The position numbers and the translations under genes were made by a program. The notes under the pieces were generated by a model. The model was not told where the DNA came from. It searched no databases and saw only the letters and a program-made list of their open reading frames with translations. Below are positions 44,123 to 55,960 of a stretch of 64,000 nucleotides of DNA, in pieces. Source of the DNA: Halocafeteria seosinensis (Eukaryota); contig LVLI01000050.1 of NCBI GenBank assembly GCA_001687465.1, positions 1 to 64,000 on the forward strand. Direction: 5' to 3'. How positions within the stretch are numbered: the first letter of the stretch is position 1; each line of letters begins with the position of its first letter.

Positions 44123-46434
44123 TGATTGACAGGCACCGAGAGTGCAAGCGGAGGAATGAAACCAGAACTTGTGTGGAACTTTCTCCTGAATTCAGTATTA
44201 GGATGTGTTTGAATAGTCTTTTGAACACATGTGCTTGGGGATATCTCCTACGCGCCACACAAACTCCAAATTGCCGACTCGTGAAACATGTAACTATCTT
44301 GAGTGTTCCGAGGGTCGTTGCATTCCACTGGACTGTCGTGGCAGCCATCTGCTGTACATGCTTCGGAGTAGTAAGGACTGCTGACTTACGGGACAGCATT
44401 GTGGCTGGTGAGAAGCAACCTTGCCTGACATATCATCGACCCAGGAAACTGTTTGAATTGACGTGTAATTTGGGTCCGGGCAACTTTGGAGATTTAAGCA
44501 ATGATACTTATCTCACTCTCCGTGCCAACGAAGTGTTCGAAGGGAATGGCCACTCTATAAACCTACAGGGACTAGATAGTTTTGATGGCTTCTTTGCGAT
44601 CGCGTCAGATGGAAATGACACGGTAGACTCGTTTGAGAAGGCTCCCGTGATTCGCAATTTGCATATGAGGAATGGAAAAACCAGTCTTGAAGGGGGATTC
44701 ATTATTCGCAGGTTGCAGAAGTATTTTATTGTCGATTCATGTAGCTCCTCTGGGACAACCGGGGGTGGTGGCATATGCGGGTATGCATGCGGAGGAAACG
44801 GAGGACAGATCAAAGTCGTAAATTGCTCTTCCGCAGGGGATGTAGTCTCCCACGGAGCTGGTGGGATTACAGGAGCACGGGTGGGTCACACTGGAGGTAT
44901 TGTCAACATCTCTGACTGCTGGTCGAGTGGAAGGTTAGAATCAGGCAACACGGGAGGAATTTGCGGTGTGCTTGCTGGGAGAGACGGAGGTCAGGTGTTT
45001 ATCACCAATTCCTATTCGATGGGCGATATCGTTGGTTCTGATACCGGTGGAATTGTCGGTGGAGAAGCTGGCTTTGACAATGGATATGTGTATATTCAGG
45101 GGTGTTATTCCAGTGGGAAGATCCAAGGATCCGCCAGTGGTGGAATTGTCGGAGACGACGCGGCTCAAGGGAGTGGTGTTGTCAGAGTCATTCAATGCCA
45201 CAGTACTGGAGACATATCGGGAACCTTTGCAGGTGGTATATGTGGTTCATTTGAGCATAAAGATGTAGACGGTAAATCATTTGGGAAAGGGTCCGTGTAC
45301 ATCATGCAATCGTATTCTGAAGGCCAAATTGACGGAGTTTGGAGTGGAGGTATCATTGGGCGTTTTGCCGGTCGGAATGGTTCGGCAGAGATACGCGAAT
45401 GCTATTCCGCAGGAGATGTTTCTGGACAGCAAANCGGTGGTATCACAGGAATTCGGGCAGGGTTTGATGGTGGAGTCGTTACTATCATAAACTGCTATAC
45501 TAGGGGGGGAATCCAAGGGACCGGCAGCCAAGGCGGCATATGTGGTGCTGCGGCACAAGGCAATGTAACGATCACCAACTCATATTCCTCGGGTGAGATT
45601 GGGAGCTTCACTGCGGGAGGTATTATAGGGAGTATATCGTCTCTCGCAAACTCCATCAGTGTCAAATATTCAGTATATAATGGAGGTAGCGACAAGATGG
45701 TAGGGGATGGGGATACCAACCTTGACTTAGAAGGCAATTCGCACAACTTGGAGAATATTACAGGTCAGCTGTACCATTTTCCCCAGCCAAATGGTTGGCC
45801 CAATGCCGTATGGGCTATAAATGGCACCGCTGAGCTCCCTGTATTACGCTTTCAGCTGCCCACACCAAGCCCCAGTGCGTCGTCTACGGCTTCAATCACC
45901 TCATCGCCCTCGTCGACCAGCACTCCCAGCGGAACAGCTTCCAGGACGATGACTGCCACTCCGTCAAGGACAGCGACGAGGACTGAGACTGCTACTTCGA
46001 CAATGAGTCCGAGGAGCAATACGCCTAGTGCAAGCCGAACTCGAACGGCTTCAGCCACGGAGACATCGAGCAGCACTCATACAGGAAGTGCAAATCCTAC
46101 CACCTGTACTTCTACTGCAACGGCTACTGGAACAGCGACTGTGACCCAAACATCGACTTCGACCGAAACGTCAACGAGTACGAGAACTGCCATTTGGGAG
46201 TCGAGTGAAACTCCTCCTGAAGCAAGTTGGATGACTCCAACAGCGACATCATCAGAGGCTCCTAGAGAAATCAGTACCCGAGCTGCAATCACGGGTACCG
46301 AACGCCCTTCAACCGCTGTCTCATCAAGAAACGTTTCCACGCACAACAACGAGATATACCGTGTGCGAACGACTCGAGACGGAAGGATGAAGTTGCCTAT
46401 TAAGCGAGTTTCGTGCGAAGCGTCACCGTCGTGA
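44122..46434 (+). CDS. GLUG-like surface protein, 10 coils, stalk, short basic tail (no C-terminal TM), 770 aa
   Basis: ORF track; ends IYRVRTTRDGRMKLPIKRVSCEASPS; one N at 45434. Confidence 0.88.
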   Translation: MIDRHRECKRRNETRTCVELSPEFSIRMCLNSLLNTCAWGYLLRATQTPNCRLVKHVTILSVPRVVAFHWTVVAAICCTCFGVVRTADLRDSIVAGEKQPCLTYHRPRKLFELTCNLGPGNFGDLSNDTYLTLRANEVFEGNGHSINLQGLDSFDGFFAIASDGNDTVDSFEKAPVIRNLHMRNGKTSLEGGFIIRRLQKYFIVDSCSSSGTTGGGGICGYACGGNGGQIKVVNCSSAGDVVSHGAGGITGARVGHTGGIVNISDCWSSGRLESGNTGGICGVLAGRDGGQVFITNSYSMGDIVGSDTGGIVGGEAGFDNGYVYIQGCYSSGKIQGSASGGIVGDDAAQGSGVVRVIQCHSTGDISGTFAGGICGSFEHKDVDGKSFGKGSVYIMQSYSEGQIDGVWSGGIIGRFAGRNGSAEIRECYSAGDVSGQQXGGITGIRAGFDGGVVTIINCYTRGGIQGTGSQGGICGAAAQGNVTITNSYSSGEIGSFTAGGIIGSISSLANSISVKYSVYNGGSDKMVGDGDTNLDLEGNSHNLENITGQLYHFPQPNGWPNAVWAINGTAELPVLRFQLPTPSPSASSTASITSSPSSTSTPSGTASRTMTATPSRTATRTETATSTMSPRSNTPSASRTRTASATETSSSTHTGSANPTTCTSTATATGTATVTQTSTSTETSTSTRTAIWESSETPPEASWMTPTATSSEAPREISTRAAITGTERPSTAVSSRNVSTHNNEIYRVRTTRDGRMKLPIKRVSCEASPS

Positions 46435-46439
46435 CAGAG

Positions 46440-46890
46440 AAACACCTCGCGCCACTAGACGTCCGCATTTCTAAAGAACATTAGGGATAAGAAATCACCC
46501 TGAATGGAACTGATGCGAGTAATTGTGTATAAACCATACAACTCGAGAACGGTGATTGCATACGACACCTACAGAGAAATCCGAAACTGGAAGGCGTGGC
46601 TAGAAGTTATTGGCAGATCCCCGTCCGTCGGCAAATGCTGACACTCGAGCTACTACAAAGCCTGCGGAGGATATCAAGTATACGTGGTCTGTTCACCGAT
46701 GAGCCTCCGAAAACTACATGTATGTTGTCAGTCATAGTCATATATTTCGCTTGGAACTTGCTTGCTCCAGCACGGATGGTAGACGTACTGGAGTCTCCCG
46801 ATTCGGAGTAGTCTTGTCGTGTTAATCGGACTCAGGTTCGTCTGGAAGGTGGGCTGCCACCAAAGAAGGGTCTACTATCTATGTACTGGG
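46440..46890 (+). pseudogene. Decayed remnant of the family's cytoplasmic-domain coding sequence
   Basis: Mixed-frame DVRISK, IRNWKAW, LLADPRP, RLELACSS, QVRLEGGLPPKKG in the same order as SVRIVSTK, LRHWKARLLAEPPP, RRLEFASS, QLRLEVGPPKKG. Confidence 0.7.
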
Positions 46891-48104
46891 TGATTCGCTC
46901 AGATGACTGGATTGAGTGGCTATGCACGTGATGCTCGACCAATGAAAACTCGCCGCACTGCGTCTTGAGATGGATCTCGAGTTATACTTCGTACAATATA
47001 ATTGCCGATGATCATCTTGCTTTCGGACAGAACAGTACTGGAAATACGCGGAATGGCTTCGCGTGACAGAGACTTGAATAGGGCGGAACCAAAACCTCGT
47101 GCTGACCGACAGACTGAGGGGGAATAGAAGATGTCATTTTCCCAGCATTTTTTTATTCTTCATGTGATTTATTTTCGTGTGATAGGCCTACTGTATGCTA
47201 CATCATGCGCATGTGCCTTTATGTGGGTGGTTCCGAGAATTGCACCTACTGCTCTACTTCTTCCCAGGAAAAATAAACCCCCGATAAGAACATAATCAGA
47301 TGCATGCTGTTTCAAAGTACTTCCACTATACTTCCTGCTTTCCTCCGTCAATCTGCATCGCATACCTGGTCGAGGCCCAGTTCTCAGTTTTTCCGAGCGG
47401 GGCCGGGTTGGTTGGTTGGTTGGCGATGGACGGGATCCGGAGAGAGCTCTTCGAGGAAAAAAAGGCACACACACCAGTGGGATTGTAATTGTGGATGAAT
47501 TGAGAGCTAGGTAAGAGAGATATGTTGTCGTAGGCAAGGCAAAGGGTGGTGAAGACGCGGTTTGCCACCTTTTTCTTGATACATTTTGGGGTGCTTTTTT
47601 TGATTGCAGATACACTGCCACAATAACATTGGCAAGATCACAGGGAGATTGTGTCGTATCTTCTTCCTCGGTCTGTGGAAGAGGTATCAGGCCAGCATTC
47701 TGGGCCTGTGGACTCTGGACGCAAAAAGGAAACGCACTTCTCCCACATACTCTAAGCATATATATATATGCAACGACTACTGTTTGGTAGTGTACTAACC
47801 CTAGACTGGCTCAACTAACCTGTGTGGACTAAATGGTTTCTTCTAGGTGCTTGATGGATTTGATAGAAGCATTTTGTTGGAGTGCCACGGCTACGGTGGG
47901 ACGGACGATTGCTACCTACGTACACAATGAATTAGGCGATGTCTCCTCGCTCCAGAGCTGCACTAGACCTTCCAAAACCCTCTTTTAGGGTTTCGCTGCT
48001 GCTTTCCGGTCATATCATTGACTGGCACTGAGAGTGAAAGCGGAGGATTGCTCAAACGGAAAACAGAACTTCTGAAACTTGTGGGGATCCCTCTCCTGAC
48101 CATT

Positions 48105-51100
48105 ATGATGCATTTGAATGGCCTTCTGAACGTATGTGCTTGGGGATGTCTCTTACGAGCCACGCAGCCTCAAAATTACCGACTCGCCAAGCCTTCAACT
48201 ATCTTGAGTGGCCTAGAGGTGCTCGCATTCCACTGGACTGTCGTTGCAGCCATCTGCTGTACATGCTTCGGAGTAGTAAGGACTGCTGACTTACGGGACA
48301 GCATTGTGGCTGGTGAGAAGCAACCTTGCCTGACATATCATCGACCCAGGAAAATGTTTGAATTGACCTGTAATTTGGGTCCGGACAACTTTGGAGATTT
48401 AAGCAATGATACTTATCTCACTCTCCGTGCCAACGAAGTGTTCGAAGGGAATGGCCACTCTATAAACCTACAGGGACTAGATAGTTTTGATGGCTTCTTT
48501 GCGATTGCGTCAGATGGAAATGACACGGTAGACTCGTTTGAGAAGGCTCCCGTGATTCGCAATTTGCATATGAAGAATGGTCAAACCAGTCTTGGAGGGG
48601 GATTCATTTTGCGCAGGTTGCAGAAGTATTTCATTGTCGATTCATGTAGCTCGTCTGGGACAATCACTGGAACCTCGTCGTCTACCGCAGTAGGGGGTGG
48701 TGGCATATGCGGATATTCATGCGGAGGAAACGGAGGACAGATCAAAGTCGTAAATTGCTCTTCCGCAGGGGATGTACAGTAGTCTCCGACGGAGCTGGTG
48801 GGATTACAGGAGCACGGGTGGGTCACACTGGAGGTATTGTCAACATATCTGATTGCTGGTCGAGTGGAAGGTTAGCATCAGGCAACACGGGAGGAATTTG
48901 CGGTGTGCTTGCTGGGAGAGACGGAGGTCAGGTGTTTATCACCAATTCCTATTCGATGGGCGATATCGTTGGTTCTGATGCCGGTGGAATTGTCGGTGGA
49001 AAAGCTGGCTTTGACAATGGATATGTGTATATTCAGGGGTGTTATTCCAGTGGGAAGATCCAAGGATCCGCCAGTGGTGGAATTGTCGGAGACGACGCGG
49101 CTCAAGGGAGTGGTGTTGTCAGAGTCATTCAATGCCACAGTACTGGAGACATATCGGGAACGTTTGCAGGTGGTATATGTGGTTCATTTGAGCATAATGA
49201 TGTAGACGGTAAATCATTTGGGAAAGGGTCCGTGTACATCACGCAATCGTATTCTGAAGGCCAGATTGACGGAGTTTGGAGTGGAGGTATCATTGGGCGT
49301 TTTGCCGGTCGGAATGGTTCGGCAGAGATACGCGAATGCTATTCCGCAGGAGATGTTTCTGGACAGCAAAGCGGTGGTATCACAGGAATTCGGGCAGGGT
49401 TTGATGGTGGAGTCGTTACTATCATAAACTGCTATACTAGGGGGGGAATCCAAGGGACCGGCAGCCAAGGCGGCATATGTGGTGCTGCGGCACAAGGCAA
49501 TGTAACGATCACCAACTCATATTCCTCGGGTGAGATTGGGAGCTTCACTGCGGGAGGTATTATAGGGAGTATATCGTCTTACGCAAACTCCATCAGTGTC
49601 AAATATTCAGTATATAATGGAGGTAGCGACAAGATGGTAGGGGATGGGAATCGGAATAGGGATACCAACCTTGACTTAGAAGGCAATTCGCACAACTTGG
49701 AGAATATTACAGGTCAGCTGTACCATCTTCCCCAGCCAAATGGTTGGCCCAATGCCGTATGGGCTATAAATGGCACCGATGAGCTCCCTGTATTGCGCTT
49801 CCAGCTGCCAACACCAAGTCCCACGGCGTCCAGCACCTCATCGCCCTCGTCAACCAGCACTCCCAGCGGAACAGCTTCCAGGACGATGAGTGACACTCCA
49901 TCAAGGACACCTACGAGCACCCGAACTGCTACTCCGACAAAAAGTCCGAGCAGAACGCCTAGTGCAAGCCGAACTCCTACAGTCACGGGGACATCGAGCA
50001 ACACGCCTACAGGAAGCACAAGTCCTACGGGAACTCCTACTGAAACAGCGACTATGACTCAAACATCGACTTCGACCGGAACTCTAACGAGTACGAGAAC
50101 TGTCACGTCGACACCGACTGGAACTCCTACTAGAACTAGTTCGTGGAGTGCGACGTCTACATCCACCCGCACTCCTAGTCAAACAAGCACGACAACTGTC
50201 ACTCTGACGTCTACTGGAACTGCTAGGGAAACACGTGCGGAAACCCCAACACGGACATCGACCGAAACTCCAAGCAAAACCCCTATATCCCCTACGAGCA
50301 GTATGACACCCTCGGTTTCCGCTACGATGTCGTCAACTTCGAGTTTGGGAGCAGTTGCTGGAGTGGAGAGCCTATCCTCCGGCCCAACAGGGTCAAGCGG
50401 AAGCAGAGTATCTTCTGCCCTGCGAATTTTTGTTCCAGCTACTTTGGCTGTAGCTCTAGCGGTGCTGATTATGTATCTTGGGTATAGGCGCAGAAGGAAC
50501 GAGGCAGAAGCGAAAGCATCGAGTGATCCTCGAGCAATGTATGCAACTCAGCTTGGAATACCTGTGGAGAGTTTAAAGCTAATGTCTAGCTTGGAAGCTG
50601 GGTCGGGTACTCTTGGTCATATGTCTTCGGTCCAAACTCAGGGAGCCTCTTTGATAGCAGAGAAAGGACACAAACAGAGTATGCGTCAAGTCCAGAAGGG
50701 TCTCAAGTGTACGCAACGAATCCCGTCGGGGAGATGAAGCTTGCTCACATCAACCCTTTGGCATCTGGTGCCCAAAAACGTCGAGCTGAACAGACTGAAT
50801 CAAAATCGACGAACCAAACTGTAGCTGATAGGTTCGCTCTCAAGGCGGGCAAGACGGATCGACGAAACATTAAGTCATACGGAGTTTCTGGGATTCAGTC
50901 TGGCACAGAGTCTGCCGTCTTTTCTGTAGGAAGCATGGTTGCAGGTGCTGAGAGGGAGGTACAGAACGAAGCTCGCGTTGTGCTCGTAGATCCGCGCGCT
51001 CAATCGTGTACCTCTTCGGGGTCGGTTCGCATTGTTTCGACAAAAGCGCCAAAACTGGAATGTGGGCAGAAAAACAGCTCTGGTGCAGGGAAGGCGAGAC

Positions 51101-51504
51101 TGCAAGTTGCTGTTGCGGCTGATGTAGATACCACTCAACTAAGACGCCTAGATAGAGCACGGCTTAAGCTCCGACATTGGAAAGCACGGTTACTGGCGGA
51201 ACCACCACCGTTGGTACAGGTTGAAACTGGTACTACAATGTACTTTGGTGGGAATGAAAGGTGTGATCAACGGTCAGCGTCTGAGGGACATGGTGAAGGG
51301 TATTTTTCTTCTCCGTTATTCCATGATGGCTATGTCCGTCGCTTGGAATTTGCCAGTTCTAGACCTGGTGCTAATAGCGTTGGTGGACTTTCTCGCGAAA
51401 CCGAGGAGCACCATCGAAGTCAGCTTCGTCTAGAGGTTGGTCCTCCAAAGAAAGGTTTCGCTCCTCAAGTTCCGAGAAGTAAACGTTCCCTTTCTGTGTG
51501 CTGA
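48105..51504 (+). pseudogene. Chimeric GLUG-like TM receptor (10 coils) with two frameshifts
   Basis: ORFs 48018..48782, 48707..50737, 50707..51504; 5-nt insertion at 48777-48781 and 1-nt loss near 50690 relative to paralogues. Confidence 0.85.
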
Positions 51505-52171
51505 TTCCGAGCGAAGAACGTTGCCGGAAGATGGAGCAGTACGAGTACGATGATTATGAAAGCTGAACGATTGCCACACTGTGCTTAGGATTTGCGCGCG
51601 GTCTCTGTGTTAAGTACATTGGAAACTTAATGCAGTCGCCTAGCTCATCATGGAGCTGTATATATCCTCAAGATACTACCAGTTAGAGTGAATTAGACCA
51701 AGACATTCAAGAATACTCCCAATTCTTGCTCAGGTTGAATACGGGACTTAGTGTCTTCCTGCCGCGTGGAGCTCCGATGCGGTAACCACTGTGGCACCGC
51801 TCCAGACGGTATTTTCTCCTCCTCTCTGTTTACACAACGCAAAAGCAGTCTCCCAACCTCAAAAGTTACCCACTTATTCGGTATTGTTCATGGGGTTCGT
51901 TGATCTGCTCTCTGTAGGTGCTTGAGAGTAGAAGAGAGAAGTTCATGGAGGAGCGTGGATAATAGCCATTTTCGCGGTTTACGTTGCATATATAACAATA
52001 TAAGCGTTTTTCCTCTCATACCACTATGTATGGCCAACAGCAGACAAGAAACAACGTCATACGAGAGTCCTAAGGACTCCTGATTGTCTCCTGGAGCGAA
52101 GTTTTCGACAGCAAAGGGAGGAAAAGGGGGTGATAACAGAGCCTGTAGCGCATTATGGGGACTAAATACAC

Positions 52172-55100
52172 GTGATACAATTTCATTCTCTCCCAGTCTG
52201 CAAGAGGAAGATATTGAGGCACGTCAACATGATGATATGTGCACCCGGGAATGCCTACGGAAAATGGAGAGAGGCGGAGAATATGTCGCTTTACCGGGGC
52301 GAAGTTTGCATTGCCCAATATGTATCAACTCCCACTATGAAACTAGACCCTCGATGGGATAAGCCCAAATGTTCGTACAGGAAACATTCTATTAGAGAGC
52401 GACTTCTGTCTGGGTTTGCCACTGTACTTTGGCTTGCTTGTGCACTTGGAAAGGATTTACGAAAGTCGATTCTCGAGGACGAAGTGAGGTGCATACAGTA
52501 CACCGACCAGCAACAATTTGTGTTGACTTGTAATATCGATTGGCAAGAGGAGGGCTATGGAAACAATGACTACATCATGCTGAAAGCCAATGAGGTGTTT
52601 GAAGGAAAGGGTAATGAAATTGACTTGGGGAGCTTAGATGCGTTTCAGGGTCTATTCCAGATTGACGATGGTGTCGACACCTTCGGCCTTGCTCCTATAA
52701 TACGCAATTTACACATCAAGAATGGCAGAACGACTAAAGAAGGAGGGTTTGTTGTTCGGAAACAGCAAAAATTTTTCATTGTAGAGTCTTGCAGTTCTTC
52801 TGGGGTAATCGGCGGGAGTTCAAGTCTCTATGATAATTATAGCGGTGGGGGCATATGTGGTTACAGATGTGGAGCTGACCAAGGTCGAATGCGGATCTCC
52901 GGTTCAGTTTCTACAGGGAGTATTGTCGCCTCAAATGCCGGTGGAATCGCGGGGGCCTACGTCGGTGCTAACGGGGGCACTGTGCACATTGACAATTGTC
53001 ATTCCACCAGTTCAATACCATTTGATGCAGGTGGAATTTGCGGTGTCAATGCCGGTCGCTCCGAGGGGCACGTCTATATTACCCGGTCATACTCTATCGG
53101 AGAAATCCAAGGGGATGAGAGTGGAGGGATAGTTGGCGGAGAAGCGGGATCGAACAATGGTCACGTCTATATCACCGAATGCTACTCCACTGGAGCTATT
53201 ACTGGATCAAAGAGTGGTGGAATTACAGGCGACGATACCGCAGACGGAAATGGAATTGTACATATAGAGGATTGCTACTCTAGGGGTGATATAGGTGGGT
53301 TAAACTCTGGTGGAATATGCGGGGCTTTCAGCGGTGTCACTGTTTCCAACACATATTCCTCCGGTGCAATTTCCCGGGGGGATATTCGCGCCGGTGGTAT
53401 CATAGGAAGTATATCAGGAAGTAAAGTATCTATCAAATATTCAGTGTACCGTGGTGATAGCGATGATGTTGTCGGAGGAGGTGATAACAACCATCTTGAC
53501 GTGTTTGGTAAGGGCAATTCACACGAGTTGGATGATATTAAGGGAACCCTGTATCATTACGACGGATTACAAAGGTGGCCAAACTCTAGATGGACAATCA
53601 GTAATCCTGACGAATACCCAATCCTGCGCTTTCAACTCCCCACACCAAGTCCGTCCATTACTTCTACGCCCTCGGCATCGCCCTCTCCGAGTCCTACAGG
53701 GAGTTGTAGCGCTACGTCGACGAAGGGGTCGACAATCACGCCCACAGGAACTACAACTCCGACCATGACACGTACTGAAAGTGGAACTCCTACTGCTACA
53801 AGCACGATCACTTCCTCGAAAACATCTACGAGAACTGCAAGTGTTACTTCCGCATCCACCGAGACTCCTACTGGTACTGGCACTAGTACTCCTTCGAAAA
53901 GCTCGACCAGGACTACAAGTGGCACTTCCACATCTACAGGAACTCTTTCTACCACTGCTACTTGCACTGGTACGCCTTCGAAAATCTCGACCAGAACTCC
54001 GAGTAGCACTTCCACATCTGCGGGAACTCCTCCCGCTACCAGCATCAGCTCTCCCTCAAAAAGCTCGACCAGAACTCCAAGTGGCACTTCCACATCTACT
54101 GCAACTCCTATTGCTACTGGCACCAGCACTCATTCGAGAAGCTCTACCAGAACTCCAAGAGCCACTTCCACATCTACGGGAACTCCTATTGCTACTGGCA
54201 CCAGCACTCATTCGAGAAGCTCTACCAGGACTCCAAGAGTCATTTCCACATCTACGGCAACTCCTGCTGCAACTGGCACCAGCACTTCTTCCAGAAGCTC
54301 TTCCACATCCACAGGAACTCCTAGCGAAACAGGTACACATAGCAGCACCAACACACCTATCATTACAACCTCGACAACTCTGAGCTCTTCCCCTACCAGT
54401 TCTGTCTCCCACACATCTACAATAACGGCGACCTCTAGTTGGATGCGAACTACTAGCAGTACAGCTAGTGATTCTACCGTTCCTACACCAGCGGTCGCTT
54501 CCAGTACTACTTCCTCAAGGGCCTTGAGGAGTTCTCCCTCCCAATATTTTACAGGGACAATAGCATCTACGCCGAGGCACACGCAAACGTCTACGAGCAG
54601 ACCCACTTTAAGTGGGAGTGCTTCGCCTTCGGCAACTGCATTGCCTTTCATAAGTAGCTCGTTCTCAAACATTCCTTCCTCGGCGGTCACAAACACTCAA
54701 AGTAATGCACGAAGCACAACCCAACCTGTGCGTGCTCCCGGTGCTTCCAATGAAAAGCCTACGACGGCTATTGGTACAACGTCGTCGCCGGGGAACTCCC
54801 CAACTGCCAGTGTAACAAGTTTCGAGTTTCGCTGGATATCGTCTACACACAATGCAACCTTTTCCTCAGCAGCGACCTCGATATCAGATAGATTGTCCAG
54901 CCGAACACATGGGAGCACATCTGTCGCTCTCCGCACCTCCTTGTGGGCTACACTTGGGGGAGCAGTGCTAACGCTTGTCATGTTTCTGGGGTACAAACGA
55001 AGGAAAAATGAGAATTTAGCTAAAGCATCGACCGATCCTAGGGCCGTCTACGCAAAACAGTTGCGGATTCCTGTCCATAGTTTCAAGCTCATGTCGAAAT

Positions 55101-55960
55101 TGAACGGTGGCCAGGGTCACTTCCACTTGTCCGGAGTGCAGACCCAACGAGCTCCTTGGGCGTCGCAGAAAGGCCATGTAGCAGTGACGGGTCTTCATCC
55201 AGAGTCATCTGATGTCCGGGTGACAGCAAGTCCATTAGGGGAATTGCGACTAGCTCACATCAATCCGTTGGCGTCTGGTGCGGCAACGGAGCGGGCTGAG
55301 CAAATCTATACCGAGCTCAGTCGACACACTGTTTCTCGTAAATTCTCTTTGAGGTCTGGGAAGACTGATAGGAGAGAAATCAATCGCTTTACAGTAGAAG
55401 ATGTTCAGGTGGGAGAAGCGACGGTGAACGATTCAGTTGGCATGTCTCTTGTACCCGCTTCATTGGAACGAACCAGTGAACATGGCGTCGTTCTGGTTGA
55501 CACCAGTGGTCAATGCGCAGGATCTGTTCGAGTTGTTTCTGTAAAAGCTCCGCAGCTTGACTTGGGTAAGTCTACCGGGAAATCGAGAGCCATGCACGTT
55601 GCTGTTGCTTCCCTTATTGATACTTCCGAATTAAGGCATTTCGAGCGAGTTCGGTTGAAATTGCGACACTGGAAGGCAAAACTTCTAGCTGAGCCACCTC
55701 CATTGGTACAAATCGAAATTGACAATGGCGTTAATGCCTCTGAGGTTACTGGTGATTGTTCGGGGGGGATGAGTACTGGTCCAACAAGCAGTTTAACTCA
55801 TCTCCGTCGTTTGGAATTTGCGAATTCAAAGGCTGGTACCCGCGGACTCTCTACTGAAACAAAAGAACACCATCGCAGTCAACTGCGCCTCGAGGATGAT
55901 CCTCCGAAGAAAATTTTCTCTCCTCAGGTCCCTACTAGAAGTAAACGAACCTTGTCCTGA
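52172..55960 (+). CDS. GLUG-like TM receptor, 7 coils, very long stalk, divergent cytoplasmic domain; start uncertain
   Basis: 1262-aa ORF; leader LLSGFATVLWLACALG-KDLR; TM LWATLGGAVLTLVMFLGY-KRRK. Confidence 0.9.
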   Translation: MIQFHSLPVCKRKILRHVNMMICAPGNAYGKWREAENMSLYRGEVCIAQYVSTPTMKLDPRWDKPKCSYRKHSIRERLLSGFATVLWLACALGKDLRKSILEDEVRCIQYTDQQQFVLTCNIDWQEEGYGNNDYIMLKANEVFEGKGNEIDLGSLDAFQGLFQIDDGVDTFGLAPIIRNLHIKNGRTTKEGGFVVRKQQKFFIVESCSSSGVIGGSSSLYDNYSGGGICGYRCGADQGRMRISGSVSTGSIVASNAGGIAGAYVGANGGTVHIDNCHSTSSIPFDAGGICGVNAGRSEGHVYITRSYSIGEIQGDESGGIVGGEAGSNNGHVYITECYSTGAITGSKSGGITGDDTADGNGIVHIEDCYSRGDIGGLNSGGICGAFSGVTVSNTYSSGAISRGDIRAGGIIGSISGSKVSIKYSVYRGDSDDVVGGGDNNHLDVFGKGNSHELDDIKGTLYHYDGLQRWPNSRWTISNPDEYPILRFQLPTPSPSITSTPSASPSPSPTGSCSATSTKGSTITPTGTTTPTMTRTESGTPTATSTITSSKTSTRTASVTSASTETPTGTGTSTPSKSSTRTTSGTSTSTGTLSTTATCTGTPSKISTRTPSSTSTSAGTPPATSISSPSKSSTRTPSGTSTSTATPIATGTSTHSRSSTRTPRATSTSTGTPIATGTSTHSRSSTRTPRVISTSTATPAATGTSTSSRSSSTSTGTPSETGTHSSTNTPIITTSTTLSSSPTSSVSHTSTITATSSWMRTTSSTASDSTVPTPAVASSTTSSRALRSSPSQYFTGTIASTPRHTQTSTSRPTLSGSASPSATALPFISSSFSNIPSSAVTNTQSNARSTTQPVRAPGASNEKPTTAIGTTSSPGNSPTASVTSFEFRWISSTHNATFSSAATSISDRLSSRTHGSTSVALRTSLWATLGGAVLTLVMFLGYKRRKNENLAKASTDPRAVYAKQLRIPVHSFKLMSKLNGGQGHFHLSGVQTQRAPWASQKGHVAVTGLHPESSDVRVTASPLGELRLAHINPLASGAATERAEQIYTELSRHTVSRKFSLRSGKTDRREINRFTVEDVQVGEATVNDSVGMSLVPASLERTSEHGVVLVDTSGQCAGSVRVVSVKAPQLDLGKSTGKSRAMHVAVASLIDTSELRHFERVRLKLRHWKAKLLAEPPPLVQIEIDNGVNASEVTGDCSGGMSTGPTSSLTHLRRLEFANSKAGTRGLSTETKEHHRSQLRLEDDPPKKIFSPQVPTRSKRTLS
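53900..54310 (+). repeat. About 78-nt (26-aa) coding tandem repeat in stalk, about 5 units
   Basis: STRTP.xTSTSTxTPxATGTSTHSRS-like units; equivalent starts at 54063, 54141, 54219. Confidence 0.85.

Noticed and set aside
43530..47798. Similar short ORFs in 43.5-44.1 kb and 47.2-47.8 kb
   Set aside because: Similarity reflects a recent duplication of upstream DNA; indels break the frames between copies.
31729..54383. Arg/Leu/Gln-rich repeat ORFs 31729..32286 and 53781..54383
   Set aside because: Alternative-frame readings of the 96-nt and 78-nt stalk repeats.
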